A stretch of 64,000 bases of DNA from a virus, in IMG/VR virus record IMGVR_UViG_3300028127_000003. One strand, 5' to 3'. The position numbers and the translations under genes are program-made. The notes under the pieces were generated by a model. The model saw nothing but the letters and a program-made list of their open reading frames with translations. It was not told where the DNA came from and made no database searches. Each line of letters begins with the position of its first letter. Within the stretch, counting starts at the first letter, position 1. Positions 34,882 to 44,576 of this stretch are shown in pieces.

Positions 34882-35532
34882 TTATTCTTCGTTAGGTTCT
34901 ACATCTTCGATATCTTGAGTTTCTGAATCGATTCCAGAACGAATCATTCTCATAAGATCTTTAGTTCCTCTTTGAACCGCAGAATCACCAGTGGAACCTC
35001 CTGATTCTTCTATTTCCCTAACATCATCTCTTTTCTTGTAAATTTCTATATCTCTAGAAATTCGTTTAGCACTTTCTTCAGTTGCCATTAAATACATTGT
35101 TTGGGATTTAATAATATCTAGCATTGATTTCTGTAAAGTTGCAAGAACTTCAAACATTCTTGGAGCTAATTCGCCATCTTCGATAGTTTCTAATAGTGTT
35201 GTAAGAGCTCTTTCACCTGCTTGTAATTGATAAACTAAAGAAGACATTGTCATCTCATCCATCTTTTTCTTAGCAGCGATATATTCATCCTTTTCAATTA
35301 TATCTTCTGCAAGATAAAATTTCATAAGGGCTGTTATAGTTTTCTTAGCTGTTTTAGTAGATCTTGTTTTAAGTTCTCCAAATGATGGAAGAACTTCCTT
35401 TGGTTGAAGTGGAAGAAACGCTGGATCAGTATCCGTAGCCTCTGTTATATCTACACTTTCACCAATAAGTTCATCAAGCTCTTTTCTAATATCTTCTGCT
35501 TGGTCTTTTATTGACTTCTTTTCTTCTGACAT
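34882..35532 (-). CDS. gp16: Terminase small subunit (gp16-like)
   Basis: PRMFEVLA.L.K.M.D, ...GT.DL..MI; directly upstream of the large terminase. Confidence 0.65.
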   Translation of the reverse strand: MSEEKKSIKDQAEDIRKELDELIGESVDITEATDTDPAFLPLQPKEVLPSFGELKTRSTKTAKKTITALMKFYLAEDIIEKDEYIAAKKKMDEMTMSSLVYQLQAGERALTTLLETIEDGELAPRMFEVLATLQKSMLDIIKSQTMYLMATEESAKRISRDIEIYKKRDDVREIEESGGSTGDSAVQRGTKDLMRMIRSGIDSETQDIEDVEPNEE

Positions 35533-35564
35533 AAGTTATTGTTTTATAGGATTATATATCCTAA

Positions 35565-37514
35565 TTACCTAGTGTGTCTAAATTTCTGAAACCCAATACT
35601 AGGTATTGCATTGTCTATTAATTTAGCAAGTTGATTATCTCTAACTATATATTGATTTAATATATTAGATCTTTGTTCTTCTTCTATCATTTGATCGAAT
35701 ACTCTAATGTTGGTCATATACATACTATTTCCTCTTATTTGGAAATTAGAATTAGAGTTCCAAACTAAGCCCGAAGGTTTAACTTCATTAAACACTTCAG
35801 TTAATTGAGAGGTTGCGCTTTGAGGTAATCCAGATTCATTTAAGTTATAAATACTTAAACTAGTTGTGGAAAATTCATTACTTATATTTAAAGTAAATCC
35901 ATACCATCTTTTTTCTAAAGAAAGGCCGTGGTTAAATGTAACTGTATTTCCATTAACCATTATTTTAAATTCTGAATCGTTTAAATAAGTTTTAAATCCT
36001 GTAAGCGCGGTTGGATCTCCTATTATGAAATGATCTCCACTTCCAATTTCAAACTGTGGATTAAACCATCCGGAAATTGCCATGTTTTTGCCTGTTTCTA
36101 GACTAGATGGTGCATCATATTCGATACATAAATCTCCTTCCGCTACTCCAGATAAGTCATAATAATTTTTACTAACAATTGTCCATCTGTTTTTTAATTC
36201 AAAATCTATTATTTGTAAATCTTTATTATAGAAATTTCTAATACCATCCTTGTGTGTAGAAATAACTGTTTGAAATTGCTGCGGATTCGAAACCTTTTCC
36301 TGCTCTTCCCTTTGTCTTTCTCCAAAAACTTCTTCGATTCCAGTGGTTAACGTGTCAGTTGCGGCGTTGAATGTATTTTTATTAACTGAAGTTCTTTCTT
36401 GATATTTCTTCAGCATTACTCTCCAGTATGAATTGGTCTTATTAAACTCGTCAGCTAAAGCTATGGTATGAACTTCATACATTCTATTAATAATAGGAAT
36501 ATACATGTAATCCTTAGATCTAGGATATCTGCTTTTTATTAAATTTCCTTGAGAATCTCTTTCACCAAACGCTCTATCAAATTCTTCTTGAGTAATGTGA
36601 ATTTCAAAGTCTGCAAAATCCATTCCGAATATATCGAAAGTTATACTTTCTTCAGGAAATTCATTTCCCGGGACTAATATCTTTATGTTTTTATTATCTA
36701 CTACATCATGTAAACTATATTCCATAAGAGTAACATCTTCTGTTCTCATATCTGGTTCAGTTCTAAAATAGTTTACTTCATGGCCAAATATATTGCTTAC
36801 TAATCCTGTGATTTGTTTTACAAATTTAGTAGATTTACTTAAATTATATGGATTAAATAAATTATCATTACATTCTTCTACGATAATGTTTGCACATCCG
36901 TCCATTGAAAAGGGATCTAAACACTCAACACAAAAGTTAGGACATGCTTCAACAATACCGTCTTCAGTCTGTGTAGTATATGTGATTGAAATAAGAGATA
37001 AAGAGTTACCTCCGGATAATGAAGATACTTCTGCTTTTAGGTCAATGTAAAGTGGAAGTGTATTATTAAAATCTAAACTGAATAAATCTCCGATGTTTGA
37101 AGTTTTATTTAATTCTGAAAATTCTGAAAAAGATCCACCAGTCTGTGACCATCTAAATTCATAATCAAATTTATTTAATTCATTAGGAACTAAGAAAAAT
37201 TCTATTCCAGATGGTTGTGTTGAAAACTGGGGTGACGTTGTTAATTCCAGGGTGTATGCGTCTGGTACGGAACTAATTTGAAATATCTTATTTCCTAATA
37301 CAATTTCATCACCATTGGCTAGAAATGTAAAATCTGTTCCCATTCCTATTACTGTTGGAGATCCTGCATTCAATATAACTACACCCTTTGTCTGTGGTGT
37401 TGTTAAACCTGCTATAATTTCCCAATCCGTAATCTTTATTACGTTCTGAAAAGGATCTTGTAGGGATGCTATGAGTTGATCTCCGTTTGCGTTTGCAGTA
37501 TATCCTGTTACCAT
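35565..37514 (-). CDS. gp14: Neck protein gp14-like core with N- and C-terminal extra domains
   Basis: Central FG.EV.Y.....FG....D...I.I....F...P...D..Y.P...R..EV; C-terminal LamG-like (SGWF.P, WY...L, ..NIRVFD). Confidence 0.7.
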   Translation of the reverse strand: MVTGYTANANGDQLIASLQDPFQNVIKITDWEIIAGLTTPQTKGVVILNAGSPTVIGMGTDFTFLANGDEIVLGNKIFQISSVPDAYTLELTTSPQFSTQPSGIEFFLVPNELNKFDYEFRWSQTGGSFSEFSELNKTSNIGDLFSLDFNNTLPLYIDLKAEVSSLSGGNSLSLISITYTTQTEDGIVEACPNFCVECLDPFSMDGCANIIVEECNDNLFNPYNLSKSTKFVKQITGLVSNIFGHEVNYFRTEPDMRTEDVTLMEYSLHDVVDNKNIKILVPGNEFPEESITFDIFGMDFADFEIHITQEEFDRAFGERDSQGNLIKSRYPRSKDYMYIPIINRMYEVHTIALADEFNKTNSYWRVMLKKYQERTSVNKNTFNAATDTLTTGIEEVFGERQREEQEKVSNPQQFQTVISTHKDGIRNFYNKDLQIIDFELKNRWTIVSKNYYDLSGVAEGDLCIEYDAPSSLETGKNMAISGWFNPQFEIGSGDHFIIGDPTALTGFKTYLNDSEFKIMVNGNTVTFNHGLSLEKRWYGFTLNISNEFSTTSLSIYNLNESGLPQSATSQLTEVFNEVKPSGLVWNSNSNFQIRGNSMYMTNIRVFDQMIEEEQRSNILNQYIVRDNQLAKLIDNAIPSIGFQKFRHTR

Positions 37515-37555
37515 TTAATATCTAGTTCTTTTGTCTATATATTCGTTAAAGAAAG

Positions 37556-38209
37556 CTAGTAATCAGTGATTAACATTATTTTGGGATTATCATCTTGGAT
37601 CTTAGCTTCTATGCAGTCCATTAGATCTAATGCAGTATCAAATTCTTTTCCATCTGAACCTTCTCTCGATCTTACAAAAGAATCTAAGGCATTAAATATA
37701 TGAGAAGCATTGTGCCTTGCGTAAGGAACATTCTTTTTCATAAGACCTAGTGAAATTAAAATAGAGTTTATTTCTTGTAAATCTTTTTCTTGTTGAAATA
37801 TATCATATAGCCTTAATGTTCCTGCCAATACTTTAAAATTAAATCTAAGAGTCTTAATTCCATCTATGTCAGATAATCTACTATAAGATTTATTCTTATT
37901 GATAGTCAGTTTAACATATTCTAGATTTGTAAAATCATTTAAAATCTTATGTAGAAAATAGATAGTAGTTGCTTCTTTATGAAATTGTTCAAAACCAGTT
38001 GCATTAATTCTATTAATATCGGATTGAAAGTTTTCTTTTAAAAACAAAGATAATTGCTCTTTACTTACTAGAAGAGATCCATCATTAACGACCCTATAGT
38101 CTAATTGATTCTTTACTAGTGTAAGAATCTTATTGTCGATGTAATTATATTTGAATAGGGTGGCGTCAACAACCGTAGCCACATCATTAAAGTCGTAGTA
38201 ACTAATCAT
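37556..38209 (-). CDS. Hypothetical protein
   Basis: ORF track. Confidence 0.7.
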   Translation of the reverse strand: MISYYDFNDVATVVDATLFKYNYIDNKILTLVKNQLDYRVVNDGSLLVSKEQLSLFLKENFQSDINRINATGFEQFHKEATTIYFLHKILNDFTNLEYVKLTINKNKSYSRLSDIDGIKTLRFNFKVLAGTLRLYDIFQQEKDLQEINSILISLGLMKKNVPYARHNASHIFNALDSFVRSREGSDGKEFDTALDLMDCIEAKIQDDNPKIMLITDY

Positions 38210-38641
38210 TTAATATACCTGCATTGTGTTTTCTAATTCCAATAGATTATTATTTAATTCAACCGGGTTGAATTTCTTAAGATCATTGAACTCTCTCATT
38301 CCAATTTCATTTCTTTGTAAAAAGAATTTAATTGTTTCTTCTTTAGGTATATATTCTTTTTTTGATTTTTTAGGTTTTGGAGCTGCCTTCTTAGTTTTAG
38401 TATAGATCCACCCTGGAACTGAACGAAATCTTGAAGATACCATGTGCCAACTATCTATAACTGCATTGCCATTAATTCCATTCACATTAAATAACTGTGC
38501 ATTTGATGGATATTTAATAGCAAAAAATCTGTTAATCATGAAGTGGTGTCTCTTCTTATTAAAGTTCTTTACGTTCTTGTATTGATTAGGTTTTGTAAAC
38601 ATGATCTTTACAAAATCAAATAATTTTGTTTCGTCTAGCAT
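38210..38641 (-). CDS. Probable clamp loader small subunit (gp62-like)
   Basis: LFDF.......FMINR.F...W.Y.K.K pattern; close to gp44. Confidence 0.5.
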   Translation of the reverse strand: MLDETKLFDFVKIMFTKPNQYKNVKNFNKKRHHFMINRFFAIKYPSNAQLFNVNGINGNAVIDSWHMVSSRFRSVPGWIYTKTKKAAPKPKKSKKEYIPKEETIKFFLQRNEIGMREFNDLKKFNPVELNNNLLELENTMQVY

Positions 38642-38673
38642 ATAAATTATACTGTAAACTTGCTATAAGTTTA

Positions 38674-39900
38674 TTAAAAAAGTTCGTTCAATTTCTTAGT
38701 AGAAGGTCTTTCCTTGCTACTATCTTCTTTTAATCCTGCGAAGGCATCATACTTTTTAGGAGCACCCTGTGATTTCTTTGCCATCCAATCTGTTCCTTCT
38801 AAGATCTTTTCCATCTGAGTGATATTAGAGAACTCTGGTAAAACATTTCTATCTGCTTCAATATTATTATAAATACCTTTTTGAATTGCAAGGGGAATAG
38901 TATTATAGTGAAGAAGAACTAGATCTAAGTTTTGATTAAATCTAATTCTGATTTCCTTAGGATCAGATTTACCAACAACTCTATAAATAATATCTACTAG
39001 CTTATTTACTTGACCTCTATTGAAAAAGTGTTCTATTGTAAATTCGCTTTCTTCTTTCTTATATTGTTCTAAGATCTTTACACAATGTTTTTCTGTAAGT
39101 GAATAGTTTCTGATCTTGCCATTAGATGCAGCTTTAGTCCATGTAATAACTGAAGGAATATTATCTGATTTGTCACCTTGTAGGATTTTACCGAATACAA
39201 AGTCGTCACAGTTAATTTCTTGAACTTCTACTCTGTTCTTATCCATCCATGCCTGGAAGTCTTCCTTTAGCTTGTCGTACGTTGCTTCTTCTGAGGCAAT
39301 GTTGAATAACAATTCGTCATTGGTCATTGTAGATGTTTTTCTAGATGCCATTACATCTTCGAAACCTTCAAAGGCAATAAGCTTTTTCTTAGAATTATAA
39401 TACCATAGTGTATATGCATCTGTCGCTTGATTGTAGTTTACGAGTTGAATTAAATCTCTATCACCTGTCCATGCAATGCAATTTTTACCTTCGCTATTTA
39501 ATTGAGTAGACCAGCCGTACATTACATCATCTGCTTCTGCACCTTGAACCTGGTGGATAATAATACCCTTTTGTTCTAGTATTTTTTGCCATTCAGCATA
39601 AACACCGAAGACTGCTTTCCAATTAATAGAATCGTCATGTGTTCTAGTTCCTTTATATTGTGCATCAGGAAAAAGATCTTTACGCCATGATTTAGCATCA
39701 ACTGCAACAACAATCTGGTCTACAAAAGGAGCCATTTTACGAACTTCTGAGGCGAAGTCAATACATAGCTTTCTCATAAGTTGAGATTGTGATTCTTTAT
39801 CGCCTAATAATTGTTTACCTTTAGGCCTAGGTAGAACGAATAGTCTACTGTGTAAAAAATAGTTACCGTCAATTAACAATGTATGTTTTCCTAGTTTCAT
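38674..39900 (-). CDS. rnh: 5'-3' exonuclease / T4 RNase H-like flap endonuclease
   Basis: LLIDGN, SWRK..FP..YKG.R, GAEADD, TGDRDL.QL, L.GD.SDNIP. Confidence 0.9.
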   Translation of the reverse strand: MKLGKHTLLIDGNYFLHSRLFVLPRPKGKQLLGDKESQSQLMRKLCIDFASEVRKMAPFVDQIVVAVDAKSWRKDLFPDAQYKGTRTHDDSINWKAVFGVYAEWQKILEQKGIIIHQVQGAEADDVMYGWSTQLNSEGKNCIAWTGDRDLIQLVNYNQATDAYTLWYYNSKKKLIAFEGFEDVMASRKTSTMTNDELLFNIASEEATYDKLKEDFQAWMDKNRVEVQEINCDDFVFGKILQGDKSDNIPSVITWTKAASNGKIRNYSLTEKHCVKILEQYKKEESEFTIEHFFNRGQVNKLVDIIYRVVGKSDPKEIRIRFNQNLDLVLLHYNTIPLAIQKGIYNNIEADRNVLPEFSNITQMEKILEGTDWMAKKSQGAPKKYDAFAGLKEDSSKERPSTKKLNELF

Positions 39901-39914
39901 GTGTTTTGTTTTAT

Positions 39915-39960
39915 ATTACTAATATAAGCAAAATTTCTGAGATAAAAAAATATTTCAGCA
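39915..39960 (-). promoter_or_regulatory. Early-type promoter repeat, copy 7
   Basis: Same core, upstream of rnh. Confidence 0.7.
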
Positions 39961-39961
39961 A

Positions 39962-40912
39962 TTAATTTCTAATTATTTCTTGTAGCTTATATATACAACT
40001 TAGCATGGTTATCGCTGGGTCAATTACGTGAACCCTTTGTGCCTGATGTTCTGCTACAGTTACTGCAATTTGAGGAATATGCTTTGCGCTATTTCCTTTC
40101 TCTGATTGAATATAGTCTATGAACTCTTCTCCTAATGTTTGAAGTATTTCATCTGTTCTATTTGAATATTCACCTACTAAATACTTATAGTTTTTAACAG
40201 GGTCTGTTTCATTAAAGATTAATTCAAAAACATCTTTATAGACTGAGTTAAACTTTTTAACATCATTTAATGTAATCTTACTCGTTCCTTCTGACTTATA
40301 TCCTTGTAATTTATTAAGTGTCGAGCGAAGATCTGGGAAGTTTCTACGGACAAATTCAACCAATGCTGGTTTTTCTATTGTCATTTCTTCTTTTCCACAT
40401 ATATCATATACTCGTCTAATATATTTCTTTGTCAATTCGCTCTCTTCTTCTTTATCAAAGTCGAAATTAATTACTTCGAACCTTGAAAGAATTGGATCTG
40501 GAATTTTATTTACATAATTACAGGTTGCAATAAACCTTGAATTAGATGCAAATTGTTCCATAGTAGCACGAAGAGCTTTAAAGAATTGATCAGATACACC
40601 ATCTACCTCATCGAGGATAACTATTTTCATCTTACCTTGATCATCTAAGATAGACATAGTAGAACAGAAATCCATAATCCTGGTTCTAATAACATCTACT
40701 GAAGTATCAGTTGATGCATTGATGTAAATATAAGGAAGTTCGAATTGCTTAACAATCGCCTTCGCAGTAGATGTCTTACCAGTACCAGGGCTTCCAGCCA
40801 AAAGTACATTTTGAGTTAGACCATCTTTAAATTTTGACATTACTCTTTCTGGTAAAATCAACTCGTCTAAGTTATTTGGACGATATTTTTCTGTGAACAG
40901 TGTGTGAACCAT
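39962..40912 (-). CDS. gp44: Clamp loader large subunit (gp44 / RFC-like)
   Basis: EKYRP, GSPGTGKT, LDEVD, FIATCNY..KI..PI.SRF, FPDLR..LN.LQ. Confidence 0.95.
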   Translation of the reverse strand: MVHTLFTEKYRPNNLDELILPERVMSKFKDGLTQNVLLAGSPGTGKTSTAKAIVKQFELPYIYINASTDTSVDVIRTRIMDFCSTMSILDDQGKMKIVILDEVDGVSDQFFKALRATMEQFASNSRFIATCNYVNKIPDPILSRFEVINFDFDKEEESELTKKYIRRVYDICGKEEMTIEKPALVEFVRRNFPDLRSTLNKLQGYKSEGTSKITLNDVKKFNSVYKDVFELIFNETDPVKNYKYLVGEYSNRTDEILQTLGEEFIDYIQSEKGNSAKHIPQIAVTVAEHQAQRVHVIDPAITMLSCIYKLQEIIRN

Positions 40913-40971
40913 GTAAATTTGTTTAATAATTATACATAATATAGCTGTTTTGTTTCACGAATAAATACTAT

Positions 40972-41484
40972 ATGGCATATAATAAAAAATATCCCAAATT
41001 GGAAAGGGTTTCCCCTCATTCTCCTTATTCTAATAGATTTGGAATTAAGTTATCAAATCTTGCAAGACAGCAGAAGAGACTATTAATAGAAAATCCTATT
41101 TTAGGTGAAAGGTGTGAAAGCGATCAGTTCGTTCATATCATATTCAATATATGTCAACATAGATATACTTCCTCTAAAAATAAGTATTATTATGATTGGT
41201 CTACTGATTCGTTTGTGAAGATGGAAGATCTTAAAGAAAACTATAACACAATAGATTGGGTCTGTGCACTATCTGGTAAACCTATCAGATCTAAGACTGA
41301 TAACTTTAGCTTGGAAAACTTTGTTCATCCAGAGTATCATGATGCATTACTGGCTCCTATGGTAGATGCTAGAATACTTAAGTCATCGATAGAGTTCCGT
41401 AAGCACATAAAAAAACTCCTATTGAATCAACAACAGGAGTTTCTAAATTTAGCTCGTAAAAATTCTAAAAAGAATTTAGATTAG
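40972..41484 (+). CDS. Hypothetical protein (plus strand)
   Basis: 170-aa ORF convergent with the head cluster; GAATAAATA immediately upstream. Confidence 0.65.
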   Translation: MAYNKKYPKLERVSPHSPYSNRFGIKLSNLARQQKRLLIENPILGERCESDQFVHIIFNICQHRYTSSKNKYYYDWSTDSFVKMEDLKENYNTIDWVCALSGKPIRSKTDNFSLENFVHPEYHDALLAPMVDARILKSSIEFRKHIKKLLLNQQQEFLNLARKNSKKNLD

Positions 41485-42861
41485 TTTAGAGAAACGATCT
41501 TTAACTGAAATAGACTCTTGTATTAAAGATTCCATTTCCATTTTTCTAAGATCGGATTCAAATATTAACCCTAATTTAGTATTATTTAATTGCCAAGATT
41601 CTTTTGCAAGAATTTTAGCTTTAAGTTCTTTTGCTTTTTTAAGCTTTGCTTCATCTCCACTCTCTTCTGCCTTTGCAATAACAGCATCAACTCTTTTGGT
41701 CATTCCTTCCTTTGAGTTATCTGTCTTATCGACTTCTTCCGTTTCTTCTTCAGGAGATTCTTCATCGTCTCCATCCGTTCCAAATGCATCGAAATCATCT
41801 TCTTTTTCTGGAGTTTCTTCCGGAGTCTCCGTTGGAGTTTCTTCTGGAGTTTCTTCTGGAGTTTCCTCTGGAGCTTCTTCTTTTTCTTTTCCTTTTTCTT
41901 TTTCAGCCTTTATTTGCTCTAGCTCAGCTTTAACCTTTTCGTCATTTTTAGCTGCATCATCTAACTTCTTAGCATTTTTCTCTTGCTCAGCTGTTATTTT
42001 ATCCATTCTCTCCTTTTGAGCCTGTTTAGATTTTGTAATTCTTTCTTTTAAATCTTTCTTAGTCTCGGCACTCATCTTATCTCCCCATGCATCTAGCTTA
42101 TATTCTGAAACTTCTGTCGTGATTTGATCTCTCATATCAGCGATTAACGTTTTAACTTTTCCAGATCCAAATCCACTTACCTTTGAGTATTTAACTTCTA
42201 ATGAAGATCCATATTCTGTAGCAGCTGAATTAATTCCATCTTTTTTCTGCCTCATAGATTCTATTTGATTATCTAACTTGGCTTTCATTTTTTGAAGTGC
42301 TTTTTTCTTATTTGCTGCGCTTGCCTTCGCCTTTACATCATCTCCAGCTTCTTCGATTGATTCAGTAGTTGAAAGTTCTCTTCTTTTATCCTCTAAAGAT
42401 AATACTGCAACTTCCATTTTAACGGTTTGCATTTTTAATTTCTTTAATTTAGAATAATCTTTTTCTGCTTCTTTAATGGTCTTTTTATTTTTAGCACCAT
42501 CTTTTATAGCCTTTGCACCTAAACCAACTGCACCAATAACTGCCGTTAATCCTAGAACTGCTCCCATAATAATAGGATCTTCCATAAGCACCTGTCCCAT
42601 AGGATTTGCTTCATTTAATGGTTGATCTTCTGATTCCGTAAGTTGATCAGAAAGTGTTTTTAGAGAATTGATAATATCATCACAATCTTGCATCATTTTA
42701 GAATAACCCTCTTCTCCCGTTGCTTCCGGAGAGGCTATGGCAGTAGTTGTGTCTGATTCTATTGAAGTTGATGATTTAGCTACAGGTATATTATCTTCAG
42801 AAGCTTCATCTATTGAATCAGCCTTTTTTGTAGAATTATACCATTGTTCGAATGTTTTCAT
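41476..42861 (-). CDS. Putative internal head protein with EETP repeats
   Basis: MKTFEQWYN N-terminus, multiple L/I-x-E sites, located right after the major capsid gene; late motif at 42895. Confidence 0.55.
   Translation of the reverse strand: MKTFEQWYNSTKKADSIDEASEDNIPVAKSSTSIESDTTTAIASPEATGEEGYSKMMQDCDDIINSLKTLSDQLTESEDQPLNEANPMGQVLMEDPIIMGAVLGLTAVIGAVGLGAKAIKDGAKNKKTIKEAEKDYSKLKKLKMQTVKMEVAVLSLEDKRRELSTTESIEEAGDDVKAKASAANKKKALQKMKAKLDNQIESMRQKKDGINSAATEYGSSLEVKYSKVSGFGSGKVKTLIADMRDQITTEVSEYKLDAWGDKMSAETKKDLKERITKSKQAQKERMDKITAEQEKNAKKLDDAAKNDEKVKAELEQIKAEKEKGKEKEEAPEETPEETPEETPTETPEETPEKEDDFDAFGTDGDDEESPEEETEEVDKTDNSKEGMTKRVDAVIAKAEESGDEAKLKKAKELKAKILAKESWQLNNTKLGLIFESDLRKMEMESLIQESISVKDRFSKLI
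41803..41880. repeat. 12-nt tandem repeats encoding EETP
   Basis: ggagtttcttct repeated about 6 times. Confidence 0.8.
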
Positions 42862-42922
42862 CTTTTATATTGATTTATTTATAAACTTATAGTCTATATA
42901 TCTGTTTAAGTTTCAACGAAAC

Positions 42923-42953
42923 AAAAAAAGGTCCTCTAAAATAGAGGACCTTT
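42923..42953 (-). terminator. Intrinsic terminator after the major capsid gene
   Basis: AAAGGTCCTCTA/TAGAGGACCTTT followed by a T run. Confidence 0.85.
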
Positions 42954-42981
42954 AATATTAAAATCTAAAAGTTAGTTCTAA

Positions 42982-44421
42982 TTAAAGAGCTAATCCTTTA
43001 ACTTCGTATGTAACATATTGAGTTTCTGGGTGGAAACCTGCTTCAACTAATGCGAATCTAGATTTAACAGCTACTTTAGGAGCCATAGTTCCTTCAGCGA
43101 TTGTTTGTACTGATTCAGCCATTAAGTAAGGCATGAATACTAATCCAGGACCATTACCGTCACCTTTTCTACCAACTACTACTTCGTAATTAGAATCATT
43201 AGCTCCCCATGCTTGTCTTGGGTCAGTGTATACATTTACACCAGCTACAGAACCTACTGGGTAGATTGCACCTGCTGCTTGTGATAATGTGTTAGCCATT
43301 GGGTTAGCAACGAAACCAGCAACTGATTGTAAAGCTGTAGCCACTTTAGGACCTACAACACAAAAGTTACCAGCACCTCTTCTACCTCTGTTTGCGATAA
43401 AGTTCGCAGCAGCAAGGATTGAAGTTAAGATTCTTCTATGGTTAGAAGCGATAGTCTCACCACCGAAATCAGCATTTAATGCTAAATTACAGTCTAAATT
43501 TACACCAGCAGCTGTAACGTTATCTTTACCTAAAGAATTAAGTTTAGCTAAGATTAAGTTGTTGATTGACTGAGTTAATTCGTTAGTTAATACTGACTCA
43601 ACTTGAGCAACAGCATCTACACCGAATTGTTTAAGATCTTGTACTTGTTCTCTAGTAACTGCAGCAGCAACTTGGAAAGTTTCAGCAGCAACACTTTTTG
43701 AGAATAAAGAAAGACCCATAACTTTGTCAGGAGTTTGTTCACCTGCACCTCTTGAGAATGGGTTACCATCTTCGTCAGCAGCAGCGAATCCTTTAATATG
43801 ATCTTCTAAACCTTTTACTAATTCTACTGATTTAACAATAGCGATAGTAGCATCATCTGCATCAACTTCAGTATCTAATGCGTTGATTGCATCAGCAACA
43901 GAACCTGAAGTAGAAGCTGCTTCAGCAACTTTATAGATATCCATGTTGTCAATTCTAGAAGAACCGATCCAAGTGAAAGTAAATCCACCTGATTCGTTAC
44001 CATCTACCTCAGCTTTAGCAGCGTCAGTTTTGATGTAAGTTGGAGCAACATCTCCAGCTAATTTACCACCTTCGTAAACGAAGTCTAAGTAAGATAAAAG
44101 ACCCATTGGTCCAGCCATTGGTACAACTGGTACTAAGTCTAAACCTATAGTTTGTGCAGCAACTTGCATTGCTAATGGTAATAATGTAGGAGCTTTATCA
44201 CCTGAACCGTCTGCAGTTGCAGAAGGTAAAGATACATTACCCATACCGTAGATGTTACCAGCAGTCCCTAAAGACATGATGTGTGCATCTTCGTAAAGTT
44301 TGTGGTTATGACAGTATTCTGACATCCACGCTAGTTTTTCTGCTTCGTTGATACCTGTAGCTGATTCGATGATCGGAGCCCAAGTTTCTCTAACTTCTGC
44401 AGAGTTAATTAAATTTGCCAT
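42982..44421 (-). CDS. gp23: Major capsid protein (gp23-like)
   Basis: L.PV.PM.GP.G......F.Y, V.AET....A..T.E..QDLK..G.DA, R.GAGNF, YMPY, P......SR.AL. Confidence 0.95.
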   Translation of the reverse strand: MANLINSAEVRETWAPIIESATGINEAEKLAWMSEYCHNHKLYEDAHIMSLGTAGNIYGMGNVSLPSATADGSGDKAPTLLPLAMQVAAQTIGLDLVPVVPMAGPMGLLSYLDFVYEGGKLAGDVAPTYIKTDAAKAEVDGNESGGFTFTWIGSSRIDNMDIYKVAEAASTSGSVADAINALDTEVDADDATIAIVKSVELVKGLEDHIKGFAAADEDGNPFSRGAGEQTPDKVMGLSLFSKSVAAETFQVAAAVTREQVQDLKQFGVDAVAQVESVLTNELTQSINNLILAKLNSLGKDNVTAAGVNLDCNLALNADFGGETIASNHRRILTSILAAANFIANRGRRGAGNFCVVGPKVATALQSVAGFVANPMANTLSQAAGAIYPVGSVAGVNVYTDPRQAWGANDSNYEVVVGRKGDGNGPGLVFMPYLMAESVQTIAEGTMAPKVAVKSRFALVEAGFHPETQYVTYEVKGLAL

Positions 44422-44576
44422 TTTATTATTTGTTTTTTTTTAATGGTTGTTTAAATTTGATCGATTGAACGATCTTCTCGATGTTTGTCAGATTTTTTCT
44501 TCTTATCTGATTATCGATATACTATATATTGTTATTATATTTACGTTTTTTACGTTTTTCCTAAAATATTAAGATA

